Source: an uncultured archaeon
GTDB taxonomy: Archaea > Asgardarchaeota > Thorarchaeia > Thorarchaeales > Thorarchaeaceae
Length of the DNA: 64,000 nucleotides
NCBI GenBank assembly: GCA_964473825.1
Contig: CAYYQL010000007.1
Span: forward strand, 30,768 to 94,767
Reading direction: 5' to 3'
Part shown: piece after piece, positions 29,005 to 38,410 of the stretch
How positions within the stretch are numbered: the stretch's first letter is position 1
How the letters are laid out: each line of letters starts with the position of its first letter
Position numbers and translations under genes: made by a program
Notes under the pieces: generated by a model
The model's database searches: none
Told to the model about the DNA's origin: nothing
What the model saw: the letters and a program-made list of their open reading frames with translations, nothing else

Positions 29005-30599
29005 ATGACTGGCGACTACTAGACACGGGTGTCCTTACTGGCGCCGAGAATATGGCGCTAGATGACGTAATGCTCGAGTGTCGTTCCGAGAAGGAAACCC
29101 CAAACACAATAAGATTCCTCCAATTCAACCCCTCTGCCGTTCTTGTTGGCTACCATCAATCAGTGGAACAGGAGGTTCGCACCATATTCTGCCAAGAGAA
29201 AGGGATTGACATCAATCGCAGAATAACTGGAGGTGGTACCATCCTCTTCACGCCTTCATGCCTCGGATGGGAAGTTTTTGCAGACAAGTCCACTCCCCGG
29301 ATTCAGGATTTGAGAAAGGATCTCGATCGACTGGCAGGCATTGTCTGCAAGGGTACCATAGCAGGCCTGAAGGAGCTTGGTATTGATGCGGAGTTTAGAC
29401 CCAAGAATGATATTGAGGTCAAGGGCCGCAAGATTTCTGGCACAGGAGGTACGCAACGAGGAGATTCGTTCATGTATCAGGGAACCCTCCTCGTTGATTT
29501 TGACGTTGAACTCATGCTTAGGGCCCTTCGAATACCTGTTGAAAAGCTGAAAGACAAGGAGATTGAAAGCGTCAAGGAGCGCGTCACATGTCTGAAATGG
29601 GAGATGGGTCATGTACCGCCAATGGATGAGATAAAATCTGCTTTGTCAGCAGGCTTTGAAGAAGTGCTAGATATGTCCCTTGAGCCGCATGGATTGTATC
29701 CGTGCGAAGAAACGCTGTATCAGGAGCGTCAGCGCTACTACCAATCGGATGAATGGGTGTATCTGGTCCGTCGGCCTGCTGAAACTGGGGGACATGTCAA
29801 TGCCATGCGGAAGACCCCAGGTGGCCTCGTGAGGGTGTCCGCCAGTATTGATGTTCTTGGAGGATTCATTGTGAGTTGTTTCATCACAGGAGATTTCCAG
29901 GCCTTTCCGCAACGCGCCATTATGGATTTGGAGGCCAGACTCAAGAACGTGTCCACTGACGAGGAAACTATCCGCAATATCATCCTCTCGTTCTTTGAAG
30001 ATTCTGGAGCAAACATTGTTGGAGTCGAGCCGGAGGATATTGTCCAGCTGATCCTTGAAAGCGTGAAGAAAACTGCATTCACGAAGTACGGAGTAACTCT
30101 TGATCAGACAAACTATCTCATGCCGGTCAATTTTATGCCTGACGAGCTAGAGGATCAGATCTTCGACTATGTCCTCTTGCCCTATTGTGCCAAACGCGTG
30201 GGTTGTGAACACCGCTGGACCGAGGGCTGTGACACTTGTGGTGCCTGCACGATCAGCCCTGTCTACGAACTAATTCAGGAGCTGGGTGTTGCCGTTCGGA
30301 CAATACAAAGCTACGAGGATCTTATCGAAACCATTGATGAGTTCAAGGAGAAGGGAGCCAGAGGATACATCGGTTCTTGTTGCGACGCCTTTCGAAGCAA
30401 GCATTACTACGATTTCGTTGAAACGGGTGTGCCTGCTTTACTCCTCGACGTGGAGGACTCTACATGCTACGATCTAGGGAAGGAACAGGACGCATATGCT
30501 GGGAAGTTCGAAGGGCAGACTACATTGATGATCGAGCTAGTCAGCCATATGATCAGAGAGATGTGGAAAAGAGGAATTCTCCGCGCAGAGGTGAAGTAG
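29001..30599 (+). CDS. lplA: Lipoate-protein ligase A (full N- and C-domains) fused to a roughly 160-aa C-terminal cysteine-rich domain.
   Basis: LplA motifs RRITGGGTI and KGRKISGTGG (lipoyl-AMP-binding Lys). The C-terminus is CAKRVGCEHRWTEGCDTCGAC...GSCCDAF, absent from canonical LplA, which is about 330 aa. Confidence 0.75.
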   Translation: MNDWRLLDTGVLTGAENMALDDVMLECRSEKETPNTIRFLQFNPSAVLVGYHQSVEQEVRTIFCQEKGIDINRRITGGGTILFTPSCLGWEVFADKSTPRIQDLRKDLDRLAGIVCKGTIAGLKELGIDAEFRPKNDIEVKGRKISGTGGTQRGDSFMYQGTLLVDFDVELMLRALRIPVEKLKDKEIESVKERVTCLKWEMGHVPPMDEIKSALSAGFEEVLDMSLEPHGLYPCEETLYQERQRYYQSDEWVYLVRRPAETGGHVNAMRKTPGGLVRVSASIDVLGGFIVSCFITGDFQAFPQRAIMDLEARLKNVSTDEETIRNIILSFFEDSGANIVGVEPEDIVQLILESVKKTAFTKYGVTLDQTNYLMPVNFMPDELEDQIFDYVLLPYCAKRVGCEHRWTEGCDTCGACTISPVYELIQELGVAVRTIQSYEDLIETIDEFKEKGARGYIGSCCDAFRSKHYYDFVETGVPALLLDVEDSTCYDLGKEQDAYAGKFEGQTTLMIELVSHMIREMWKRGILRAEVK

Positions 30600-30723
30600 C
30601 CTGCAACACAATGATGTCATTATAGTTGGAGGAGGACCCGCCGGGGCGGCAAGTGCTATCCTCTGCGCAAGAGAGGGGCTTGATGTCTGTCTGCTCGAAA
30701 AGAAAGGCAAGAACAGGCACAAG

Positions 30724-31656
30724 GTGTGCGGAGGAGTCCTGCCAGCTGTTGCTCCAAGTGCAATAGAGGATATCTTGGATGTGTCACTGCCAAATCATGT
30801 TATGGCAAACCCGTCACAACTCGGGCTGTACTACATACCTCCAAGCGGCCGGGAAAATGGCGTTGTTATTGAGGGATACAAGATATACAATGTCAACCGT
30901 GACAGGTTCGACCAGTGGCTTCGTGATACGGCTGAAAAGAACGGCGTCAGCATCCAGTACAAGACAGAGTGCATTGGGTTCGAGTATGATAGGGAATTCT
31001 CCGTCCAAGTTGAGGGTCCTAGTGGACGGTGTCTGTATTCCTCGGAGTATCTCATTGGAGCTGACGGTGTTAGGTCTTACACGCGCCGTAAACTCATGCC
31101 AAATGAAGATACCCCTGTTATGCTAGTCGCTCAGGAGGAACTGAATGCAGAGGGCGATTTTGGAGAGTACTTCTATGGATTCTTTCGCGAGGACATCTCC
31201 AAAGCCTACGCGTATGTCATCCCGAAGTCCAATAGACTGTTCCTGGGTCTGGGTACAACCCCGCACACGAAGCCCAATCTCCATCAACTGATGATTCGTT
31301 TCAAGAAATGGCTAGGAACCGAGTTTGCATTCAATGAACTGAGTCTTGTTAGACGGGAAACATGGGCAATACCGTTCGGGTATTTCCATCTTGGTGTCGG
31401 TAACGCTCTTCTTGTTGGAGACGCTGCAGGGCTGTGCAACCCGCTATCGGGTGAAGGTATCAGACCCGCCATCGAAAGCGCAGAGGCTGCGGCGGCGGCA
31501 ATAACTACGACGGGTGATTCGTCCCTCGTTAACCGCTATGCACGCAACGTGGAGGGGCTAGTATTCATGCTGAAGGACCTCAACCGCTTTGTGCGAAGTA
31601 TGGATAATGCAGCCATGGAGGAGTTCATTCACCAAGAGGCAAAGAGACAACTCTAA
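30724..31656 (+). CDS. Geranylgeranyl-reductase-family FAD-dependent oxidoreductase. The start is unresolved. The FAD-binding N-terminus is encoded in frame upstream of the first canonical start.
   Basis: In frame upstream, from about 30601, reads NDVIIVGGGPAGAASAILCAREGLDVCLLEKKG, a GxGxxG motif. There is no ATG/GTG/TTG in that stretch. An ATGATG sits in the +1 frame at 30611-30616. Confidence 0.65.
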   Translation: MCGGVLPAVAPSAIEDILDVSLPNHVMANPSQLGLYYIPPSGRENGVVIEGYKIYNVNRDRFDQWLRDTAEKNGVSIQYKTECIGFEYDREFSVQVEGPSGRCLYSSEYLIGADGVRSYTRRKLMPNEDTPVMLVAQEELNAEGDFGEYFYGFFREDISKAYAYVIPKSNRLFLGLGTTPHTKPNLHQLMIRFKKWLGTEFAFNELSLVRRETWAIPFGYFHLGVGNALLVGDAAGLCNPLSGEGIRPAIESAEAAAAAITTTGDSSLVNRYARNVEGLVFMLKDLNRFVRSMDNAAMEEFIHQEAKRQL

Positions 31657-31693
31657 CATCACAATTAAGTGTCAACGAGTATAGACTCGTGCC

Positions 31694-32791
31694 ATGCCTA
31701 TCGAGACTTGGCGACTATTGGACTTGGGACCCATTGATCCCCTCGAAACCCAGACAATATATGACATGGTGGCACAGGCCATCACCGAGGATGAAGCAGA
31801 GAACACGCTCATCATATGCTGGCCAAGTGACCCTCTCGTATCGCTGGGATACTTCCAAGAAGCCGAAAAGGACATTGACCTAGAGTACTGTCGAGAGAAC
31901 GATGTTCTAGTTGTGCGAAGAGTCATCGGTGGGGGTGGTGTCTACCTTGATGAGGGTCAGCTCTTCTACCAGATAATCGGCCGAGTTGACAGTCCAACCA
32001 CACCCAAGAGCATAGATGCTTACTATCGCAAGTTTCTAGATGCGCCTGTGCAGACCTATCGTAACCTAGGAATTGATGCAGAGTTCAGACCAGTAAATGA
32101 TATTCAAGTGAGTGGGAAGAAGATCTCGGGAAATGGAGCAGGAGACGTAGGAGATGCCAGAATACTCACCGGAAATCTGATCTTTGATTTTGATTTTGAT
32201 TCAATGGTTCACGTACTCAGAGTTCCAAGTGAGAAGTTTCGAGATAAGATATTCAAGAGTCTCAAAGAGCGAATGACCACCATAGAGGGAGAGCTGGGTG
32301 CACTACCCGACCGTAACACCGTGAAAGAAGACCTTCTTAGATTATATGAGAAGACCCTCGATATTGACCTTGAGCGGGGAGACCTCTCGTCCTGGGAGAG
32401 AAACAAGATGAAGGAGCTCCGTGACAAGTATCTCTCGAGGGACTGGCTATTCTGGAGGAAGGGACGGAAATTCGATGTTGCTCATCAGGTGAAAATATCA
32501 GCCACGGCATCTGTTGGCACTGCGAACTTCAAGGCTGAAGGAGGGCTCATCAGGGTGACCGCAGAGGTGGTGGAAGGAACGATAGAGGAGATTGTCGTGA
32601 GTGGTGACTTTTTCATGATTCCCTCTCTCGGAATCGAACTTGTTGAAGGGGCACTTACAGGCGTCAGGGCAGAGAAAGAGGAGATTCTGCGTCGAATCGA
32701 GCAGCTTTATTCGGACAAGGGGCTCCAGTCACCGGGCGTTAGACCCGAGGATATTGCCGAAGCCGTGAATCTGGCCGTACAGGAGACTTAG
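31694..32791 (+). CDS. lplA: Lipoate-protein ligase A family protein (second paralog).
   Basis: RRVIGGGGVYLD and SGKKISGNGAG motifs. 365 aa, canonical length. Confidence 0.8.
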   Translation: MPIETWRLLDLGPIDPLETQTIYDMVAQAITEDEAENTLIICWPSDPLVSLGYFQEAEKDIDLEYCRENDVLVVRRVIGGGGVYLDEGQLFYQIIGRVDSPTTPKSIDAYYRKFLDAPVQTYRNLGIDAEFRPVNDIQVSGKKISGNGAGDVGDARILTGNLIFDFDFDSMVHVLRVPSEKFRDKIFKSLKERMTTIEGELGALPDRNTVKEDLLRLYEKTLDIDLERGDLSSWERNKMKELRDKYLSRDWLFWRKGRKFDVAHQVKISATASVGTANFKAEGGLIRVTAEVVEGTIEEIVVSGDFFMIPSLGIELVEGALTGVRAEKEEILRRIEQLYSDKGLQSPGVRPEDIAEAVNLAVQET

Positions 32792-32903
32792 GAGCACCTA
32801 GATAGGACTCAAAAGTAGAACGATAGTTGATGTGCCACCTTTTCACCAAGGGAAAGAGGCATGCTTTTCTTCTTGCGCTCCTCAGTGAGAATGCAAAGCA
32901 CAG

Positions 32904-34001
32904 GTGGTTGCTCTGACGATTACCAATCAGTTCAAGATCACGACCCCGGGAAGACTGTGCCTCTTTGGAGAGCATAGCGACTATCTAGGCCTAGATGTCA
33001 TTTCTGCGGCCCTAGACAGATATATCGAACTGAAGGTCAGCCCACGTCAAGATGATGTAATCACTGTTCTCTACAGAGACTTGGAAGAAGAGGAGCGCTT
33101 CTCAGCGGAATCTGAGGCCCCTTATCTCAAGAAACGTGATTATGTTAGAAGTGCGTTCAACGTTGTGAGGCGGCGGAGCCCTCAACGCATGGCAGGTGCA
33201 GATATCACCGTTACAGGGAACATCCCGATTGGGGCGGGCCTATCAAGTTCGAGTGCTCTGACAGTTGGAGCAGTCGTTGCATTCTCAAGACTGGCAGGCC
33301 TTGATCTCTCCAGCGACTATATCGCTAGAGCAGCCTTTCAGGCAGAGGTGGTCGAGTTTGGCGAGAGTGGGGGAAAACAGGATCACTTCGCTATTGCGTA
33401 TGGAGGGATAGTCCATCTTGATTTGGGAGAGGACTATCTTGTGACTAGGCTCCCGGCGAAGCTCTCAGGACTGGTCATCGGAGATTCGAGAGAGCAGAAG
33501 GAAGATACCGTGGGAGACCTCGCGCATCTACGGGAGACAATTCTCAATGAATATGACAAGATCAGAGCATCTATTGGGGAGTTCGAACCCCGAAGCACAG
33601 AGCTGAGAAAAGTGCATGACCTCTCAAGAAGAAGACCTACGAACGCAAGGCTCATGGCCGAGGCTACTCTCAGAAACCGTGACCTCACTGCTCGTGCACG
33701 AAAATTGCTGGGCGAGAAGGATCCAGATGTTAAACTTCTGGGGAGGCTGATCGATGAGCATCATGAGATACTACGTGACAGCCTGCATAGGTCTACGGAC
33801 AAAATCGAGCGGCTGATAGAGGCAGCCAAATCCTCAGGGGCTCTGGGATGCAAGGTGAACGGAAGCGGAGGGGGAGGCACGATGCTTGCTTATGCACCGA
33901 ACAGAGAAAGCGAAGTCATGGATGCGATAGATGCCGCCGGAGGTACTGCATTTGAAGTCGAAGCGGGCCAGGGAGTCTCCCTGACCGCGAAGAAAGTGTG
34001 A
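32904..34001 (+). CDS. GHMP-family kinase (galactokinase/mevalonate-kinase-like sugar or acid kinase).
   Basis: N-terminal PGRLCLFGEHSDYLG (galactokinase-like GRxNLIGEHxDY), and the GHMP ATP motif PIGAGLSSSSAL. Confidence 0.7.
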   Translation: MVALTITNQFKITTPGRLCLFGEHSDYLGLDVISAALDRYIELKVSPRQDDVITVLYRDLEEEERFSAESEAPYLKKRDYVRSAFNVVRRRSPQRMAGADITVTGNIPIGAGLSSSSALTVGAVVAFSRLAGLDLSSDYIARAAFQAEVVEFGESGGKQDHFAIAYGGIVHLDLGEDYLVTRLPAKLSGLVIGDSREQKEDTVGDLAHLRETILNEYDKIRASIGEFEPRSTELRKVHDLSRRRPTNARLMAEATLRNRDLTARARKLLGEKDPDVKLLGRLIDEHHEILRDSLHRSTDKIERLIEAAKSSGALGCKVNGSGGGGTMLAYAPNRESEVMDAIDAAGGTAFEVEAGQGVSLTAKKV

Positions 34002-34002
34002 A

Positions 34003-35562
34003 TCAGTCTTCTTCAAGTTCCTTCATCCGCTGTTCAACGATATGAAGAATATCTTCTTTCATCTTCTTGCCCTCAGAGATGATACGTTCGACTTCTTCTC
34101 CAGTCTTTTTCACGAAGTCTTTGTCGCGGATGTTTCCCAGATTGATGCGGACATTGAGAGCCGCCCCCTCTATTGCTGCCATGAGGGCATGTGCTGCGAC
34201 TCCAGCATCAGTGATTGCGTTGATGTTTCCCTTGTCCGCGGCGACCTTGGTATGCTCTAGGGCGTTGAAAGAGTGACGCATTGTCTCGAGCGGTACCTCG
34301 GCAGCATGTATCGTCGCGGATTCAACTGCTTTCTCCTTTGCCTCCTTCTCCTTCGCTGTGTCTTCTGACATCTTGTATGCGGTCATGACTCGGTCAAAGG
34401 CTTCCGAGTCTTTCTCAACAAGGCCCATGAGAACCCCTCGATCATTCTCGCAGGCATGACGATGCTCTAGCATCTCCTCCCGAATTGCCGCGAATTTCCG
34501 GCCAGAAAGTGACAGTCCAGTGACCATGCAGACAAGTGCACCACCAAGAGAACCCATTGCTGCAGCGACACTGCCGCCTCCAGGTGTTGCTCTGGCTCGA
34601 CGAACTTGATCTCCGAACTCGATGAGTGACATCTCGCTGAAGCTCTTCTCAGTTGGATCCTGCGCACCTCCCAAGTAGTAGAGGTCGAGAATCATCTCCT
34701 GTTCGAGTTTCTCCGGCTGTACGTAGTATTTGAATGCATCAAGTATGGCGAACAAAGGAATCATTCCCACTATCTCGGTCTCTACAACTGTTGCTCCGAA
34801 ACGTCGTGCCTCGTTGCGGACCACCTCAAGCACTTGATGAATCTTCGTTCGTTTAGGATGAATCAGGTTAAGGGAGACCTGGGTCATGCCTTTCTCAGGG
34901 AGGTCAAGACCTATTCCTTGAACGTATACAAAACCACCAGTTGTCGCTCGTACAGCATTGGCACATGTCTTTGCAACTTCAACATCTGTTGTGTTCAGAT
35001 TACAGTTGAAAGCTATGAGGAAATGTCGAGCGCCTGTGGCCGTAGCCCCTGCTGTCGGATGGATCTTCTTCGGGCCATAGTCAGGGTCTTTCTCAGCTTC
35101 TACTCCAATCATTTCACTGAGACCTTCAAATTCGCCCTGTCGAATATTGGGAAGCTCTCTGCGGTCAACCCGAGTGGCAGACTCTGCATAAAGATAGACA
35201 GGCACATCATGCTTTGAGGAGTACTCCTCTGCAAACTGCTTGGACAGCTCGATGCATTCGCCTATTGTAGTACCATGGAGAGGTATAAACGGAACGACAT
35301 CGACTGCACCCATCCGAGGATGGGCGCCCTGATGCTTAGTCAAGTCAATATTCTCAACAGCAACATCAGCAGCCTTCAGTGCTGCATCTTTGACTCTCTG
35401 GGGTTCACCGATGAATGTGAAGACAGACCGGTTGTGATCCGGGTCATACTCGACGTCCAGAAGCCTAACACCTTCAATGCTCTTTATGGCATCTGCAAGC
35501 GCGTCAATGACCTCTTTGCGTCGCCCTTCTGAGAAATTGGGTACGCATTCAACGATTTTCAT
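34003..35562 (-). CDS. Bifunctional glutamate formiminotransferase-cyclodeaminase (FTCD-like).
   Basis: N-terminal MKIVECVPNFSEGR (formiminotransferase domain). C-terminal ATPGGGSVAAAMGSLGGALVCMVTGLS (cyclodeaminase domain). 519 aa. Confidence 0.8.
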   Translation of the reverse strand: MKIVECVPNFSEGRRKEVIDALADAIKSIEGVRLLDVEYDPDHNRSVFTFIGEPQRVKDAALKAADVAVENIDLTKHQGAHPRMGAVDVVPFIPLHGTTIGECIELSKQFAEEYSSKHDVPVYLYAESATRVDRRELPNIRQGEFEGLSEMIGVEAEKDPDYGPKKIHPTAGATATGARHFLIAFNCNLNTTDVEVAKTCANAVRATTGGFVYVQGIGLDLPEKGMTQVSLNLIHPKRTKIHQVLEVVRNEARRFGATVVETEIVGMIPLFAILDAFKYYVQPEKLEQEMILDLYYLGGAQDPTEKSFSEMSLIEFGDQVRRARATPGGGSVAAAMGSLGGALVCMVTGLSLSGRKFAAIREEMLEHRHACENDRGVLMGLVEKDSEAFDRVMTAYKMSEDTAKEKEAKEKAVESATIHAAEVPLETMRHSFNALEHTKVAADKGNINAITDAGVAAHALMAAIEGAALNVRINLGNIRDKDFVKKTGEEVERIISEGKKMKEDILHIVEQRMKELEED

Positions 35563-35728
35563 TCTTTGTCACTGCGGCCGCACTTCACAACCATCTAGAA
35601 AAGCGTTTGGGCCTGACATTGGGGAGACTGCCTACCCCTCAGTCAGAGTATATACTCGAGAATCTGCAAGGTGCCTTACAGAAACGAGGCGGCAGCTAAC
35701 TGCGAGCTCTCACATCTCGTGTACGAAA

Positions 35729-36658
35729 CTAGCTGACGTACGATCCGTAATCGATAGCAACTGTCGTGAGGACGTTTGTCTGAGCCTGCTGGAAGGAGTA
35801 AGCAGCTAGAACGTTCTTGAGAAGCATCGCAATGGTCATGGGGCCAACTCCCCCTGGCACTGGAGTTATGTAGGATGCGATCTCTTTGACTTCGTCAAAG
35901 TCCACATCGCCATTGGGGGTAGCAACATCGATGACTATGGCGCCCTTCTTCACCATGTCCGCGGTAATGAAGTAGGGATCATCATCTCCTTGACGTCGAC
36001 CCACTGCGGTAACGAGTATGTCAGCCTGTTTCGTCATGGAAGGCAAGTCGCGGGTATGTGAATGGCAAACGGTGACCGTGGTGTTCCGATTCAGGAGTAG
36101 GAAGACTAGGGGTTTACCCACGATAGTTGATCTGTTGACAATGACAGCGTACATTCCATCCAAGTCAACACCCAGTAAATCCAGCATCGTCACAATTCCT
36201 TGTGGTGTGGCGGAGCAGAGCATCTCACCACCATAGAAGAGACGATAGATGTTCCGTGGAGAGAAGCCGTCAACATCCTTACTCGGGTCGATAGCGCTGA
36301 TGATGGTCTCTTCATCAATGTGCCTTGGCAACGGAAGCTGAACCAGAATACCGTGAACACTCACATCTCGATTAAGCCTCTCAATCAGTCCCATCAGATC
36401 TTCTTCGCTCGTGTCACTCGGTAACGAATGGCCATCAGAGATTATGCCCGCTTTCTTGCACGCACGATGTTTCATCCGAACATACATCTTGGAACCCGGG
36501 TCTTCTCCAACTATCACAGTTGTCAGCTTCGGGGCGATTCCGTGTAGCTCTGTCAGGCGCTCTACTTCAGATGCAATCTGGGAGCGAATCCTCTTGCTCA
36601 GTTTCTTTCCATCGATGACATTACCTTCGATGAAATCTTCAGGCTTGATTCGTTTCAC
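35729..36658 (-). CDS. folD: Bifunctional 5,10-methylene-THF dehydrogenase / 5,10-methenyl-THF cyclohydrolase.
   Basis: Typical FolD layout and motifs: KMYVRMKHRACKKAGI, GRRQGDDDPYFITADMVKKGAIVIDVA and PGGVGPMTIAMLL. Confidence 0.85.
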   Translation of the reverse strand: MKRIKPEDFIEGNVIDGKKLSKRIRSQIASEVERLTELHGIAPKLTTVIVGEDPGSKMYVRMKHRACKKAGIISDGHSLPSDTSEEDLMGLIERLNRDVSVHGILVQLPLPRHIDEETIISAIDPSKDVDGFSPRNIYRLFYGGEMLCSATPQGIVTMLDLLGVDLDGMYAVIVNRSTIVGKPLVFLLLNRNTTVTVCHSHTRDLPSMTKQADILVTAVGRRQGDDDPYFITADMVKKGAIVIDVATPNGDVDFDEVKEIASYITPVPGGVGPMTIAMLLKNVLAAYSFQQAQTNVLTTVAIDYGSYVS

Positions 36659-36670
36659 TGTACAATCCTC

Positions 36671-38365
36671 CTAGAAGACTCCGTAGATATCACCATCATC
36701 ATCTAGACCCATTCCAACGGCAGCAGGTTCCTTGGGTAAGCCGGGCATCAGCATAACATCGCCCATGTACACAATCACGAATCCAGCACCAGCACTGACG
36801 TCAACACCTCGTACAAAGACTTCAAAGCCGGTCGGGCGTCCTTTAAGTCGCGGATTGTCAGAGATACTGAACTGCGTCTTGGCAACACAGATGGGCAACT
36901 CGCCGTAGCCCCGCCGCTCCAATGAGCGTATCGGACCGCGTGCATTGTCCGAGAAGATCACCCCATCTGCCCCATACACCTTCTTGGATAGCTTCTGGAT
37001 CTTCGTCTTCAAGTCATCTTTGAGATCATATGTAGGGATCACCTTGGCATCTGCATCGACCGCATCCAATACGGCGGAGGCAAAATCCTCTCCACCCTTG
37101 CTTCCTTCTGCAAATACATCAGAGACCTCCATCGACCAACCTTGCTCATCACAGAATGAACGGAGAGTATCTATCTCCGAATCCGTATCATCCGGAAACC
37201 TGTTCAGTGCAATCACTGCAGGCAATCCGAAGTCGTGGATATTCTCGACATGTTTCTGTAGATTCGGAAAGCCTTTCGCGAGTTCACCGTCGCCGTGCTC
37301 TTTCAGTGCACGGATTGATGTGACAATGACTACAGCATTGACATCGAATTCTCCTGCCCGAGTGACTATGTTAAGGAACTTCTCTGCACCAAGGTCAGCA
37401 CCAAAACCTGCCTCAATGACCACATAGTCAAAGAGCCTTAATGCGATATCAGTAGCTATGACCGAGTTCGTCCCATGTGCGATGTTGGCAAAGGGTCCTG
37501 TGTGAATGATGGCGGGTGTTCCCTCACTGGTCTGTACAAGATTCGGTTTCAGAGCATCTTTGAGAAGCACACTCATCGCCCCCTCAGCCTTGAGGTCACC
37601 CGCATGCACCTCTTTCAAGTTCATATCCCGTGAGAGAAGAATCCGTGAAAGGCGCTTCTGCAAGTCATCGTAGTCTTTAGCCAGAGCAAGGATTGCCATG
37701 ATCTCGGAAGCAGCCGTGATGACGAATCTGTCTTCTCGTGGGAATCCGTTGGACTTGCCACCTAGGCCCACCATGACCTCTCTGAGGGCACGGTCGTTCA
37801 TGTCTATGGCGCGGGGCCAATAGACTCTTCTGACATCAATGCCAAGCTCGTTGTCTTGGTGAACATGATTATCCATCATCGCTGAAAGGAGATTGTGTGC
37901 TGCAGTAATTGCTGGGAAATCCGCGGTGAACATCAGATTGATGCGATCAGAAGGCAGTACCTTAGACTTGCCACCACCGGTTGCTCCACCCTTGATGCCG
38001 AATACAGGACCAAGAGAGGGTTCTCGAAGAGTCACAACAGCGTTATGACCCATTGCATTGAGAGCCATTGAAAGCCCAATCGAGGTGGTCGTCTTCCCCT
38101 CTCCAGCCGGGGTAGGCGTTGTCGCCGTGACAAGTATCAATTTGCCCTTTCTCTTACCGAGCTTTCTCCGTATATCTAAGTCGATCTTCGCCATGTATTT
38201 TCCATACGGTTCAAGGAATTCTTCTGAGATGCCAGCCTTTTCAGCCACTTCGGTTATGTGAATCATCATTCTACACCAATCTGATAAACAGGGGGGCTTT
38301 TGACTCATAGTGTCAAGAAGCTTTCCCTTTATGTTGTTGAATCCTATCTCTGAACGCCGCTCCAA
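36671..38365 (-). CDS. fhs: Formate-tetrahydrofolate ligase.
   Basis: Signature TPTPAGEGKTTTSIGL, and about 560 aa colinear with Fhs. Confidence 0.9.
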   Translation of the reverse strand: MERRSEIGFNNIKGKLLDTMSQKPPCLSDWCRMMIHITEVAEKAGISEEFLEPYGKYMAKIDLDIRRKLGKRKGKLILVTATTPTPAGEGKTTTSIGLSMALNAMGHNAVVTLREPSLGPVFGIKGGATGGGKSKVLPSDRINLMFTADFPAITAAHNLLSAMMDNHVHQDNELGIDVRRVYWPRAIDMNDRALREVMVGLGGKSNGFPREDRFVITAASEIMAILALAKDYDDLQKRLSRILLSRDMNLKEVHAGDLKAEGAMSVLLKDALKPNLVQTSEGTPAIIHTGPFANIAHGTNSVIATDIALRLFDYVVIEAGFGADLGAEKFLNIVTRAGEFDVNAVVIVTSIRALKEHGDGELAKGFPNLQKHVENIHDFGLPAVIALNRFPDDTDSEIDTLRSFCDEQGWSMEVSDVFAEGSKGGEDFASAVLDAVDADAKVIPTYDLKDDLKTKIQKLSKKVYGADGVIFSDNARGPIRSLERRGYGELPICVAKTQFSISDNPRLKGRPTGFEVFVRGVDVSAGAGFVIVYMGDVMLMPGLPKEPAAVGMGLDDDGDIYGVF

Positions 38366-38410
38366 AAGAACATAAGCCCTATTGTACAGACAAAGAACGG
38401 GCTGATTGAA

